A DNA stretch of 64,000 nt from Spirochaetia bacterium (GCA_965140585.1 OZ223272.1:64001-128000), one strand, 5' to 3'. Counted from the first letter of the stretch, positions 30,538 through 40,589 are shown. A program made the numbers and translations. Notes: a model not told the origin generated them from the letters alone.

Positions 30538-31845
30538 ATGAGCAGAATTTTAATACTTGATGATAATCAGAAGATTCTTGATACCCTCTCGCGTAATTTC
30601 GGTTCTGTAGGAATAGAATGCGCTACAGCTCCGGATATAAGCACCGCTTCGGGAATTCTCCAGTGCTGTCCGATTGATCTTGCAATTGTTGATATCAAGA
30701 TCGGAGAGGAAAGCGGCATTGACGCGCTGACTATGATCAAAAAAATGATACCGGATCTTCCGGTTCTGATGATAACCGGATTCGCCACAGTTGAAACAGC
30801 TGTTCAGGCAATAAAACTAGGTGCGAAGGAATACCTCAAAAAACCTGTAAGATTCCCTACCCTGCTGGAACAGGTAAAATCACTGCTCAGCGAGGAAGCC
30901 AGAGAGCTGCCTGCAATTCCCGAGATACAGACCCGTAACAGCAGAATGGTTGACGTAATAAAGAAATCACTGAAGCTGGCACAATCAAACCTGTCGGTAC
31001 TTATCCTCGGAGAAAGCGGCACCGGAAAAGAACTGCTTGCCGACCTCATACATAAATACTCTCCAAGAGAAGAAAAGAACTTCGTAAAGATAAACTGTGC
31101 CGCCTTTCCGGAATCACTGCTGGACAACGAACTCTTCGGTCACGAGAAGGGCGCCTACACCGGAGCAAATGACTGCTTCAAGGGCGTTTTTGAACAGGCC
31201 GATAACGGCTCTCTCTTCCTGGATGAACTTGGGGACATGCCCCTATCTATTCAGGCAAAGATCCTCCGGGCCATTCAGGAAAATGAAATAAGACGACTGG
31301 GCGGTAAGGAAATCATAAAGATTAACGTCCGCTTCATAGCGGCTACAAACAGGAATCTTGAAGAACTTGTTTCCGACAAGCTTTTTAGAAGCGACCTGTA
31401 CTACAGACTCAACTGCGCCTCTGTTTATATTCCGCCGCTTAGAGATCGGAAGGAGGATATCCCCCTGCTGATCGATTACTTTCTCAACCGTTATTCTGAT
31501 GAGGAAGCAAAACCACGTGTTTCAATTTCCGACCAGGCTATGGAACTGCTTCTGAATTATGACTGGCCGGGAAATGTGAGAGAGCTGAAAGCCGCCGTCA
31601 ATTACGGTGCAACAATATGTTCAAATGGAATCATGCTTCCTGAAGATCTGCCCATGTCTCATCCGGTAAAAACTATTGAGGAAACAGCCACACTCACTCC
31701 GGTTATGGCGGTTGAAAAAGAACTTATAATCAAAACTCTAATCAGAAACTCCTATAATAAAAAGAAAGCAGCAGAGGAACTCAGCATTTCAAGAACAACC
31801 CTGTACAGCAAGATGACTAAATACGGTATTACAGATGTCCTCTGA
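30538..31845 (+). CDS. Sigma-54-dependent response regulator (REC-AAA+-Fis HTH)
   Basis: ILILDD..IVD receiver, GESGTGKE, ELFGHEKGAYTGA, WPGNVRE, ISRTTLYSK. Confidence 0.95.
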   Translation: MSRILILDDNQKILDTLSRNFGSVGIECATAPDISTASGILQCCPIDLAIVDIKIGEESGIDALTMIKKMIPDLPVLMITGFATVETAVQAIKLGAKEYLKKPVRFPTLLEQVKSLLSEEARELPAIPEIQTRNSRMVDVIKKSLKLAQSNLSVLILGESGTGKELLADLIHKYSPREEKNFVKINCAAFPESLLDNELFGHEKGAYTGANDCFKGVFEQADNGSLFLDELGDMPLSIQAKILRAIQENEIRRLGGKEIIKINVRFIAATNRNLEELVSDKLFRSDLYYRLNCASVYIPPLRDRKEDIPLLIDYFLNRYSDEEAKPRVSISDQAMELLLNYDWPGNVRELKAAVNYGATICSNGIMLPEDLPMSHPVKTIEETATLTPVMAVEKELIIKTLIRNSYNKKKAAEELSISRTTLYSKMTKYGITDVL

Positions 31846-33667
31846 TACGAACATTATAGAACTAAAGAAAATCTGTTTAAATTACGGCCAGACAAGTGTA
31901 CTGCGCAAGATTGATTTCAGCGTCCGCAAGGGTGAGATTCATGCAGTCATAGGAGAGCATGGTGCGGGCAAGTCTTCACTGGCAATGATCCTTTCCGGCC
32001 ATGTAAAACCCGATTCCGGACAGCTGTTCTGGGATGCCAGTCAGACTGCATATTTTCAGCCCGGTTCTGCAAAGGAGCAGGGAATTGAGATAGTTATGCA
32101 GGAAATTGAGCAGTATGAGAGGCTCTCAATCGCGCAGAACCTTTTTGCCAACGATCCCCGCTTCTTCATGAATAGTTTTTTCACAAACAAGGAACTGAAT
32201 AAAAAGGCTGATGATTTTTTTGACTCACTCGGATTCAATTTCCGCAGCCACCGAAGACTAAGCACTCTCAAGGATACCGAGAAGGTTCTGCTGGAACTGC
32301 TCAAGCACCTTCACACAGACCCTGCGCTTCTGATACTTGATGAAACCTTTGAAAAGATGACAGCAGTCGATATAAACAGAATCATTCCCGAACTGAAAAA
32401 GAGAAAAGAGCAAGGCACAAGCATTATTTTCATAACCCATCGAATTGATGATGTCTACACCTTTGCCGACCGGGTATCGGTAATACGAAACGGAAGGATT
32501 CTTACTACCGAATCCATCAAAAATATCGACAAGATCAATCTGATAAAACTGGCCTACACTCAGGTTGTACAGGAAAGCAGTCTGGACACTACCACCCAGG
32601 AGTTCTATCAGCTTCTGAAATACAACAGGGCCATCCTAGAAAACCTGCCGATGAACCTGATTGTAGTGGATGAGTACCGGATACTCAGGCTGCTTAACAA
32701 CAATGCAAAGACTTACTTCTCAATCGGCGATAAGCCTGTTATAGGTCAGAGCATTGATGAGTTTTTCAAACTTAACGGTAACCCTGAAATCCTTGAATCG
32801 GTTTTTGAATCACTTAAAAAAAGGCAGCTTGAAACCTTCACCGTCCGGCTCAAACACAACAGCGGAAACGAGACCATCAATACAATAACCACCTACCCCA
32901 TCTACGACGGAACGATGTACATTGGCAGTATGATAATTGTCGGGGACATCACCGAGCAGGAATCACTAAGAGAGAAACTTAACTTTTCAGAAAAACTGGG
33001 GTCAGTCGGACTGCTTGCAGCAGGGGTATCCCATGAAATCAACAACCCGCTTGAGATAATAGTCAATGAAATTGACTATCTGAGGACCATGCTTCCGGAT
33101 GGCCGGCTGGACAAAGTGCTTGATAACATAGAGGAAGAGGTTGAAAGTATCGTACAGATTGTGAGCAACCTGGTATCATTCAGCGACAGTGCAAGTGAAA
33201 AGACCGAGATAATTGATCTATCCGAAGTACTTGGTCACATTATCCAGCTTATCTCCTATAATGCAAAAAAAAGAAATATTGAAATTAAATATACAGATCC
33301 TGAATCAGCATTTCTGGTTGCCTGCAACCGGACAGAGGTAAAGCAGATTATTCTCAACATCATCAAAAACAGTTTTGAAGCGGTTAACAGCGAAGGCAGA
33401 CTTGAAATATCACTTACATCAGTTTCTGAAGACGGAATCAGCTATGCAAAGATGGTATTCAGGGATACCGGCCCCGGAATAAGCGAGGATGATAAAAAGA
33501 ATATTTTCCTGCCGTTTTTCTCAAAGAAAAACGCAACAGGAAACAACCTGGGGCTCGGACTGTCAGTATCTTACGGAATAGTTAATAAAATGAACGGTAA
33601 AATCACCGTTGAAAACCATCCGGAATCGGGCTGTGTATTTACAATACTGATTCCTCATCTCACCTGA
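31835..33667 (+). CDS. Soluble sensor histidine kinase with N-terminal sugar-ABC ATPase domain (NBD-PAS-HisKA-HATPase)
   Basis: GEHGAGKS, Q-loop MQE, LLILDE, ITH; PAS-like ILENLPMNLIVVD; SHEINNPL; NIIKNS, DTGPGI, GLGL; no TM helix seen. Confidence 0.9.
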   Translation: MSSDTNIIELKKICLNYGQTSVLRKIDFSVRKGEIHAVIGEHGAGKSSLAMILSGHVKPDSGQLFWDASQTAYFQPGSAKEQGIEIVMQEIEQYERLSIAQNLFANDPRFFMNSFFTNKELNKKADDFFDSLGFNFRSHRRLSTLKDTEKVLLELLKHLHTDPALLILDETFEKMTAVDINRIIPELKKRKEQGTSIIFITHRIDDVYTFADRVSVIRNGRILTTESIKNIDKINLIKLAYTQVVQESSLDTTTQEFYQLLKYNRAILENLPMNLIVVDEYRILRLLNNNAKTYFSIGDKPVIGQSIDEFFKLNGNPEILESVFESLKKRQLETFTVRLKHNSGNETINTITTYPIYDGTMYIGSMIIVGDITEQESLREKLNFSEKLGSVGLLAAGVSHEINNPLEIIVNEIDYLRTMLPDGRLDKVLDNIEEEVESIVQIVSNLVSFSDSASEKTEIIDLSEVLGHIIQLISYNAKKRNIEIKYTDPESAFLVACNRTEVKQIILNIIKNSFEAVNSEGRLEISLTSVSEDGISYAKMVFRDTGPGISEDDKKNIFLPFFSKKNATGNNLGLGLSVSYGIVNKMNGKITVENHPESGCVFTILIPHLT

Positions 33668-33672
33668 ATTTC

Positions 33673-33731
33673 TGACATATGTTTTAACATTTGTCATTTT
33701 ATTTGACATACGACATGAACCATGTTAAATT
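33673..33731 (+). promoter_or_regulatory. Sigma-70 promoter with tandem operator boxes
   Basis: TGACATATGTTT+TAACATTTGTCA (33673-33696), then TTGACA(33703)-N17-TAAATT with extended TG. Confidence 0.65.
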
Positions 33732-33764
33732 ATCGCATCCTACTAAAAACCACAGGAGAAGATA

Positions 33765-34406
33765 ATGTACGAAAAAGAGAAAAATGAACTCATTAAAACA
33801 GGCCAGGCGCTGAAAGAATACAACCTCATTGCACTTTCAGGAGGGAATGTCAGCAGCAGAATGCCTGATAACAAAATACTTGTAACTCCTTCAGGCATGG
33901 CATACGACACCATGGTTGCAGATGATATTGTTGTTATGGATTTAGACGGAAAAATAATTGAGGGAACAAGAAGACCTTCAGTTGATTCTATAGCACTCCT
34001 ACATGTTTATAAAAACATGGAAAGAGTAAACGCAATTATCCACACTCATCAGGTATATGCAACTGCAGTCGGCATGGTATACGACAAGGTGCCCAATGCT
34101 GTAACAACACTTGCTAACGCATGTGCCGGAGAGGTTCATGTAGCCCCTTTCAGCTCGGCGGCAAGCCTTGCGATGGGTGAAGAAACCGTGGACAATATCG
34201 GAGATTCAAATGCGGTAATCCTTAAAAACCACGGTGTTATCACTGTAGGAAAAACAATAAAGGAAGCTCTTTACGCTGCAGTATATCTTGAAGATGCTGT
34301 AAAAACTCTCTTCGTCGCAAAATCGATGGGCGAGCCGGTTCTTCTCACAGATGCACAGTTTGTAGAAGCAGTTAATGTTTTTAAAGATTACGGACAGTCA
34401 AAATAA
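33765..34406 (+). CDS. Class II aldolase/epimerase; L-ribulose-5-P 4-epimerase-like by context
   Basis: SGGNVS, TPSG, PS, IIHTH, LKNHG. Confidence 0.8.
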   Translation: MYEKEKNELIKTGQALKEYNLIALSGGNVSSRMPDNKILVTPSGMAYDTMVADDIVVMDLDGKIIEGTRRPSVDSIALLHVYKNMERVNAIIHTHQVYATAVGMVYDKVPNAVTTLANACAGEVHVAPFSSAASLAMGEETVDNIGDSNAVILKNHGVITVGKTIKEALYAAVYLEDAVKTLFVAKSMGEPVLLTDAQFVEAVNVFKDYGQSK

Positions 34407-34411
34407 CAATT

Positions 34412-35245
34412 ATGAATATTGATAATTACCAGTTCGGACTTTATGAGAAAGCCGTGCCCGAAGGAATGGAATGGCCACGGCTGCTTGATTATGCCGGTGA
34501 TGCCGGATTCAGTTTTGTCGAAATATCGGTAGATGAGAGCGACTACAGACTTTCAAGGATGAACTGGTCTCTGAGTGAAAAAAAAGATTTTGTAAAGGCG
34601 GTGCTCAATTCAGGCCTGAAAGTTCCTACAATGTGTCTCAGCGGGCATCGCCGTTATCCGATCGGAAGCTGCTATGAAGATATCCGTGCCGCCGGCATGA
34701 AGCTGATGTTCGATGCGATAGACTTTGCATCCGACACAGGGATAAGGATTGTGCAGCTTGCCGGCTACGACGCGGCATATGAGGAGGAGAGTACTCAGCA
34801 ATCGCAGGATAACTACCTTTCCAATCTTGAAAAATCACTCCGCTATGCAGAGAAGCGCGGGGTAACCCTCGCTATTGAAAATATGGGCATAATTTTCATG
34901 CCCTCCATAGAACGCGTTATGACCTATGTAAAAATGTTTGACTCCCCCTATCTTCAGGCTTACCCCGATCTGGGAAACAGTTCGGCAATGGGCAATGATA
35001 TAGTTCTTGATCTGGCATCTGCCAGGGGCCATATTGCAGCCATGCATATAAAGGATACAACTCCCGGTGTGGTAAGAAGAATCCCCTTCGGCAAAGGCAC
35101 TGTGGATTTCCGGCGGGCATCGGAAGCAGTAAAGACTGCGGAATTCAAGGGGATGATAGTTATTGAGATGTGGGCTGATGAAAGCACTGACACAATGGAA
35201 GAGCTTAAAGCCGCAAAGAATTTCGTAATAGAGAATATGTTTTAA
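34412..35245 (+). CDS. ulaE: L-xylulose-5-P / L-ribulose-5-P 3-epimerase (UlaE/SgbU family)
   Basis: GLYEKA, EISVDESDYRL, MCLSGHRRYP, IVQLAGYD, YPDLGN, EMW. Confidence 0.9.
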   Translation: MNIDNYQFGLYEKAVPEGMEWPRLLDYAGDAGFSFVEISVDESDYRLSRMNWSLSEKKDFVKAVLNSGLKVPTMCLSGHRRYPIGSCYEDIRAAGMKLMFDAIDFASDTGIRIVQLAGYDAAYEEESTQQSQDNYLSNLEKSLRYAEKRGVTLAIENMGIIFMPSIERVMTYVKMFDSPYLQAYPDLGNSSAMGNDIVLDLASARGHIAAMHIKDTTPGVVRRIPFGKGTVDFRRASEAVKTAEFKGMIVIEMWADESTDTMEELKAAKNFVIENMF

Positions 35246-35256
35246 GAGGTGTGTTG

Positions 35257-36720
35257 ATGAGAAAGTTATTTATGGGAATAGACAACGGCGGAACGGTCTG
35301 CAAGGTCGGCATTTACGATTTAAAAGGCAATGAGATATCAATTGCCAGCAGAAAGGTGGAAATGCTCTATCCGGAATCGGGTCATACCGAAAAGGATCTG
35401 AAAGATTTCTGGAATGCCAATGTAGAAGCTATTAAAGAAGCTCTCTCACAGGCTGAAATATCACCTGCTGAAATTGCAGGAATTTCACAGACCGGTCATG
35501 GAAACGGAATGTTTCTGATTGATGAAAACGGTAATGATGTTATGAACGGTATAATCTCTACCGACATGCGAGCCAAATCTTATGTTGATAACTGGTACAG
35601 TGACGGGACCTTTGAAAAAATCAACAAAAAGACCCTTCAGTCAATCTGGGCGGCCCAGCCTGTCGCACTTGTAAACTGGTTTAAGGACAATAAGCCCTCT
35701 ATTATAGAAAAAACCCGCTGGATCCTGATGTGCAAGGACTATATCCGCTTTAAACTGACCGGTGAAGTATATGCAGAAATAACCGACTATTCCGGAACAA
35801 ATATGGTGAATGTACTGACCGGAAACTATGATGAAGATCTTCTTGCTGATTTCGGTATCGCGGAAATCCTTCCAAAGCTTCCGCCGCTTAAAAACTCTAC
35901 AGACATCTGCGGCTATATTTCAGAAAGTACTGCCGCGGCAACCGGGCTCAAGGCTGGAACTCCGGTAATGGGTGGGTTCTTTGACATCCATGCCGGCGCA
36001 ATAGCAACCGGACTTACCGACGATCAGGACCTTACTGTAATTGCAGGAACCTGGAGTATAAACGAGTTTATTAGCAGTTCACCGGTAGGCGCCGAAGAGC
36101 TGTTTATGACAAGCATTTACGGCATCCCCGGCTACTGGCTTGTAACCGAGGCAAGTCCAACATCTGCATCAAATCTTGAATGGTTTATGAACAGTATAAT
36201 AGAGAGTTCCGACTATGATGCGGCAAACAAACTTGTTGAATCAGTAAAACCTGATGAATCAGACCTTATATTTTTTCCTTATCTGTTCGGATCTAACCTG
36301 AAAGAAGAAATGTCTTCGAGTTTTATAGGTCTCTACGGATGGCACACTAGAGCCCATATGCTTCGGGCTATCTATGAGGGAGTAGTGTTCGGACACAGAC
36401 TTCATATCGACAAGCTGCTTAAATACCGGGACAAACCCAGAAAAATAAGAATATCCGGCGGCGCTTCGAAATCAAAGGAATGGGTTCAGATCTTTGCAGA
36501 TATTCTCGGACTTCCGGTAGAAATAACCGAGGGTGATGAACTTGGAACCCTTGGAGCATCAATGGGAGCCGCTGTTGGCGCAGGAACCTATAAAGATCTT
36601 GCAGAAGCAGCCGGAGAAATGGTAAGAGTCTCCAGGATTATAGAACCTATAAAAGAAAACACGGCTATTTATGAAAGGAAATTTCAGCTGTTTAAAAAGT
36701 ATCTTGAAGCAGTAAAATAG
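35257..36720 (+). CDS. FGGY carbohydrate kinase, L-xylulokinase-like (copy 2)
   Basis: GIDNGGT, GHGNG, AGTWSINE; follows ulaE. Confidence 0.9.
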   Translation: MRKLFMGIDNGGTVCKVGIYDLKGNEISIASRKVEMLYPESGHTEKDLKDFWNANVEAIKEALSQAEISPAEIAGISQTGHGNGMFLIDENGNDVMNGIISTDMRAKSYVDNWYSDGTFEKINKKTLQSIWAAQPVALVNWFKDNKPSIIEKTRWILMCKDYIRFKLTGEVYAEITDYSGTNMVNVLTGNYDEDLLADFGIAEILPKLPPLKNSTDICGYISESTAAATGLKAGTPVMGGFFDIHAGAIATGLTDDQDLTVIAGTWSINEFISSSPVGAEELFMTSIYGIPGYWLVTEASPTSASNLEWFMNSIIESSDYDAANKLVESVKPDESDLIFFPYLFGSNLKEEMSSSFIGLYGWHTRAHMLRAIYEGVVFGHRLHIDKLLKYRDKPRKIRISGGASKSKEWVQIFADILGLPVEITEGDELGTLGASMGAAVGAGTYKDLAEAAGEMVRVSRIIEPIKENTAIYERKFQLFKKYLEAVK

Positions 36721-36786
36721 CATAATTTGAATCAGCTTGAAGATTCTCATGCGATACTGGTATAATCAGATCTTCAGAGGTGCTCA

Positions 36787-37728
36787 GTGGATAAACAGCT
36801 GCTATACAATGTCGCCAGAATGTATTATCTGGAAGGAAAAAAACAGGAAGAAATTGCCTCAATCATAAACCGCTCAAGATCATCGATCTCGATGTTCCTC
36901 ACTCAGGCAAGGGAGGCGGGAATTGTCGAAATCAAACTGAGAAACCCGCTGGGAAACAATGAGGCTTTAGCCTCAAGACTTATTGAGAAATACGGCCTTG
37001 AACGCTGTTTTGTAGTCCCCACATCTATAAGAGATTCCAACCTGCTGCTTAAACTTGCCGCTGAAAGGGCAATTGAGATATTCAATGAAGAACTGCTGCC
37101 CGGCCTTAACATCGGTATTGCATGGGGTCGCACCTGCTATGAATTCATGACCCAGTACTACAATGATGAGAATACATATATAGACTTAAACATTGTTCCA
37201 CTCATCGGAGGAAGCAATCGTGCCCATAAGCGATTTCAGATAAATGAAATGGTCCGTGATTTTGCCGAAAAGCTGAATGGCACCCCTAACTTCATACATG
37301 CTCCGGCAATGGCTGAAAGCCTTGAAGATCTGCAGCTGTACAAAAACAGCTCTATGATGAAAAAGATTGTCCAGTACTGGGATACCCTCGATATAGCCGT
37401 CACATCGATAGGGGTACCGCCTTCAGATACTACAGATGAAATATGGAGGAAGTACCTCGATCTTGAAGATGATAAATCCCCTGTATTCAATAATGCAGTA
37501 GGAGATATCTGCGGCTGGCCCTTCGATAAGGATGGTAATTTTCTGTCGGGCGATGCAACAGAACTGCTAATGGTATGCAGCCATGAACAGCTTAAAAAAA
37601 TACCTAAGGTTATCTGCATAGTTGCCGGGCTTGAAAAAGCCAAGGCTGTTTCTGCAGGACTGAAATCAAGGATATTCAGTCATCTCATTATTGATGAACA
37701 GACAGCACTCGCCGTATTAAACAACTGA
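36787..37728 (+). CDS. SorC/DeoR-type sugar-binding regulator
   Basis: VARMYY..QEEIA HTH, GIAWGRT, AVGDIC. Confidence 0.9.
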   Translation: MDKQLLYNVARMYYLEGKKQEEIASIINRSRSSISMFLTQAREAGIVEIKLRNPLGNNEALASRLIEKYGLERCFVVPTSIRDSNLLLKLAAERAIEIFNEELLPGLNIGIAWGRTCYEFMTQYYNDENTYIDLNIVPLIGGSNRAHKRFQINEMVRDFAEKLNGTPNFIHAPAMAESLEDLQLYKNSSMMKKIVQYWDTLDIAVTSIGVPPSDTTDEIWRKYLDLEDDKSPVFNNAVGDICGWPFDKDGNFLSGDATELLMVCSHEQLKKIPKVICIVAGLEKAKAVSAGLKSRIFSHLIIDEQTALAVLNN

Positions 37729-37816
37729 ACTCCGGCCGTTGAATCTTAAATTATTTCTTGAATATTCTATTGACAGTCAGTCCTCAATATTTACACAATA
37801 AAACGAGGAGAAAATA

Positions 37817-38689
37817 ATGTTAGATATACCTGAAAAAGTCAGGCTGGAAATCCGCAGGGACCAGCGCAACGAGATAGAAGCCCATCTTATTTACAGCAGC
37901 ATTGCCGCTTCATGCAAAAACCCTGAGAATGCGAAAATTCTTAAAACTATAGCTGCTGATGAAAAAAAGCACTATGACTACCTGAAAAAATTCTCAGGGA
38001 TGGATATAAAACCAAGATTCCTGTATGTACTGATTTTCAAAATAATTGCCAGGATACTTGGACTGACATTCGCTTTCAAACTGCTTGAAAACGGTGAGCA
38101 GGAAGCTCATGAGGGATATTCTTTAATAGAAGAATATCTGCCCGAACTTAAGCAGGTCATCGAAGAAGAGGAACGGCATGAACGTGAACTCATCGATATG
38201 CTCAATGAAAAACGCCTTAACTATATAGGGTCAATAGTTCTTGGACTCAATGATGCCCTTGTCGAGCTTACAGGTGCACTTGCAGGCTACACCTTCGCAA
38301 TACAGGACAGCAGAAACATTGCCCTTCTCGGTCTGATTACCGGTATATCCGCATCACTCTCAATGGCTGCAAGTGAATATCTTTCCAAGAGAGAGGAAAA
38401 GGAGGAAGGGGGATTCAGTTCGAGTATTTATACAGGTCTGGCCTATATAATAACTGTTACCCTTCTGATACTTCCCTTCCTTATCATCCCCAATCCGTTC
38501 ATTGATCTTGGAATAACAATAGCTATAGCTGTGCTTATCATCCTGTTCTTTAATTTCTATATTTCAGTCGCCAAAGACCTTGATTTCAAGAGCAGGTTCC
38601 TTGAGATGGCCGGAATAAGTATCGGTGTTGCAATAATATCGTTTGGAATCGGCTGGGCGGTAAGAACCTTTCTGGGATTCGAGCTGTAA
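37817..38689 (+). CDS. Rubrerythrin-VIT1/CCC1 iron exporter (MbfA-like)
   Basis: DEKKH and EEERH diiron motifs, then GLNDALVE, SMAASEYLS. Confidence 0.85.
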   Translation: MLDIPEKVRLEIRRDQRNEIEAHLIYSSIAASCKNPENAKILKTIAADEKKHYDYLKKFSGMDIKPRFLYVLIFKIIARILGLTFAFKLLENGEQEAHEGYSLIEEYLPELKQVIEEEERHERELIDMLNEKRLNYIGSIVLGLNDALVELTGALAGYTFAIQDSRNIALLGLITGISASLSMAASEYLSKREEKEEGGFSSSIYTGLAYIITVTLLILPFLIIPNPFIDLGITIAIAVLIILFFNFYISVAKDLDFKSRFLEMAGISIGVAIISFGIGWAVRTFLGFEL

Positions 38690-38705
38690 ACTATCCAGTA
38701 AAACA

Positions 38706-38736
38706 AAATCCCGGGAACTCTTGCTTCCCGGGATTT
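38706..38736. terminator. Bidirectional terminator
   Basis: AAATCCCGGGAA-ctcttgc-TTCCCGGGATTT between convergent genes. Confidence 0.8.
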
Positions 38737-38767
38737 AAACGGAATCTAATAATTCAGCTACATATAA

Positions 38768-39559
38768 TCAGGCAATATGCATTCCGCCGTCAACCGAAAG
38801 CGCCTGCCCTGTGATCATTCCTGAAAAATCCGAGCAAAGCCATACAGCTGCCCTTGCAACATCGAGGGTTGTTCCAAGCTTTCCCATGGGGATCACATGC
38901 TCTTTAAGAAGGTTCTCCTCCTCGGGATTTGTTTCAAGTGTATTATTCATAAGATTGGTGCCCGCTGTAGGCCCCGGACAGACAACATTAACCCTAATTC
39001 CGTTTCTGGCATTCTCAATTGCAGCTGTTCTGGTAATTGCTATAACTGCACTCTTGCTCGGACCGTAGGCGCCGAAATTCGGTGCCATTTTTAAACCGCC
39101 GATAGAAGCTGTGTTCACAATAGCTCCGCTGCCCTGCTTCTGCATCTGCTTAAGCTCATGCTTAAGGCAGAAAAATACCCCCTTCAGGTTTGTATTCATT
39201 ATATGGTCCCAGTTTTCTTCGGATACTTCAGTAAGGGGAACATGCGGAATACGTACTCCGTCGGGACCGATCCCTGCATTATTGAATGCACAGTCCAGCT
39301 TTCCGTACTTAGCTACAGTCCCTGCAACCAGTTTTTCCACGGAAGCTTCAGAGCCTACATCGCACTGAATAAAAAAAGCCTCTCCGCCCTTTTCTTTTAT
39401 CATTGAAACGGTCTCTTCACCGCCTTTTATGTTGTTTGCAGTTGATACAACTACCTTTGCGCCGAGCTCAGCGAACTCAAGAGCTGCCGCTCTGCCCATC
39501 CCTGAAGCTCCACCTGTGATAAGAACAACTTTACCCTTTATATCAGCCGGCATTTTCAT
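38768..39559 (-). CDS. SDR-family oxidoreductase
   Basis: TGGASGMG, NNAG, YGPSK; ATG 39559 follows AAAGGAG. Confidence 0.92.
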   Translation of the reverse strand: MKMPADIKGKVVLITGGASGMGRAAALEFAELGAKVVVSTANNIKGGEETVSMIKEKGGEAFFIQCDVGSEASVEKLVAGTVAKYGKLDCAFNNAGIGPDGVRIPHVPLTEVSEENWDHIMNTNLKGVFFCLKHELKQMQKQGSGAIVNTASIGGLKMAPNFGAYGPSKSAVIAITRTAAIENARNGIRVNVVCPGPTAGTNLMNNTLETNPEEENLLKEHVIPMGKLGTTLDVARAAVWLCSDFSGMITGQALSVDGGMHIA

Positions 39560-39582
39560 ACTCCTTTCATTTTCTGAAAAAC

Positions 39583-39635
39583 AGTATATCAGTGCAATCC
39601 TTCTGTTCAAAATGTCTTTTTCATCCTATCGTTAT
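39583..39635 (-). promoter_or_regulatory. Promoter with shared LysR-type motif
   Basis: ATAAC-N6-ATGAAA-N4-CATTTTGA; TTGAAC-N16-TATACT. Confidence 0.6.
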
Positions 39636-39674
39636 GCTGTGCAGGTAATAACTTTCAGCAGCTTCAGAAAAATC

Positions 39675-40589
39675 CTATAAACCAAGAGTTTCAATCAGCC
39701 TGTCTTCACCTGCAAGCCACTCTCTGATGAAGGCAATGAACATCTCAGCTGACTTTGAAATAACATAGCCCTTGTGATAGGCCACTCCAATCATGGCCGG
39801 CGGAATATCATCCATAACCTTAAGAACACTGATATGATGATCTCCGTTTTGAGATACAAGTTTTGCAAACTGCGGGATGGGAACAAAGGCAATACCGGCA
39901 TTCCCTTCAATAAGCTGAAATATCAAATCCGAACTTTCAACCTCAAAGGCCACATCGGGTTCGAAGCCCTGTTCGATACAGATATCTCTGAGTTTTCCAA
40001 GGTTAAGTCTGGTACTGTCGCAGATAAACTTCTCATCACGAAGCCGGCTGATGTGAATCTCGCCTTCTTCCGCAAGCGGATGCGACTCATTTAAAAGAAT
40101 TACATATTCTTTGCACCCTAAAAGCTCAAAAATAATGCGTTCATCTTTAATTTCCTGACTTGTAATTGCGATATTAAGGGAACGATCCAGCAGATGTTCT
40201 ATTATAGTATTAAAAGAATGGCTTAGCTGCCTTATTCCGATTTCAGGATGCTGAAGCGAAAACTGCTTTAGAAGGTCGGGCAGAAAATCATCAATTGAAC
40301 ATGCAAGCGACAGTGTCCCCTGACTTGTTTCAAATAGACGCTGCACAGTCTGAACCCCGGTAGTCAACTCCGAAAAGGCAACCTCAACGCTGGAAAGAAA
40401 AACCCGTCCGTATTCGTTGAGTGTAATCTTGCCCTTGCGGTGATCGAATAATTGAACCCCGATTTCTTCTTCAAGCCGGGCTATGCTCTTGCTGATATTA
40501 GGCTGAGTTACAAATAGTATTTCCGAAGCCTTTGAAACATTTCCCGTCTTTGCAACAGTCTGAAAATAACGCAGCTGACTAAATTCCAT
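39675..40589 (-). CDS. LysR-family regulator
   Basis: MEFSQLRYF, VTQPNISKSIARLEEEIGVQLF. Confidence 0.93.
   Translation of the reverse strand: MEFSQLRYFQTVAKTGNVSKASEILFVTQPNISKSIARLEEEIGVQLFDHRKGKITLNEYGRVFLSSVEVAFSELTTGVQTVQRLFETSQGTLSLACSIDDFLPDLLKQFSLQHPEIGIRQLSHSFNTIIEHLLDRSLNIAITSQEIKDERIIFELLGCKEYVILLNESHPLAEEGEIHISRLRDEKFICDSTRLNLGKLRDICIEQGFEPDVAFEVESSDLIFQLIEGNAGIAFVPIPQFAKLVSQNGDHHISVLKVMDDIPPAMIGVAYHKGYVISKSAEMFIAFIREWLAGEDRLIETLGL

Noticed and set aside
33765-36720. Ascorbate (ula) operon
   Set aside because: No PTS, ulaG or ulaD in the window.
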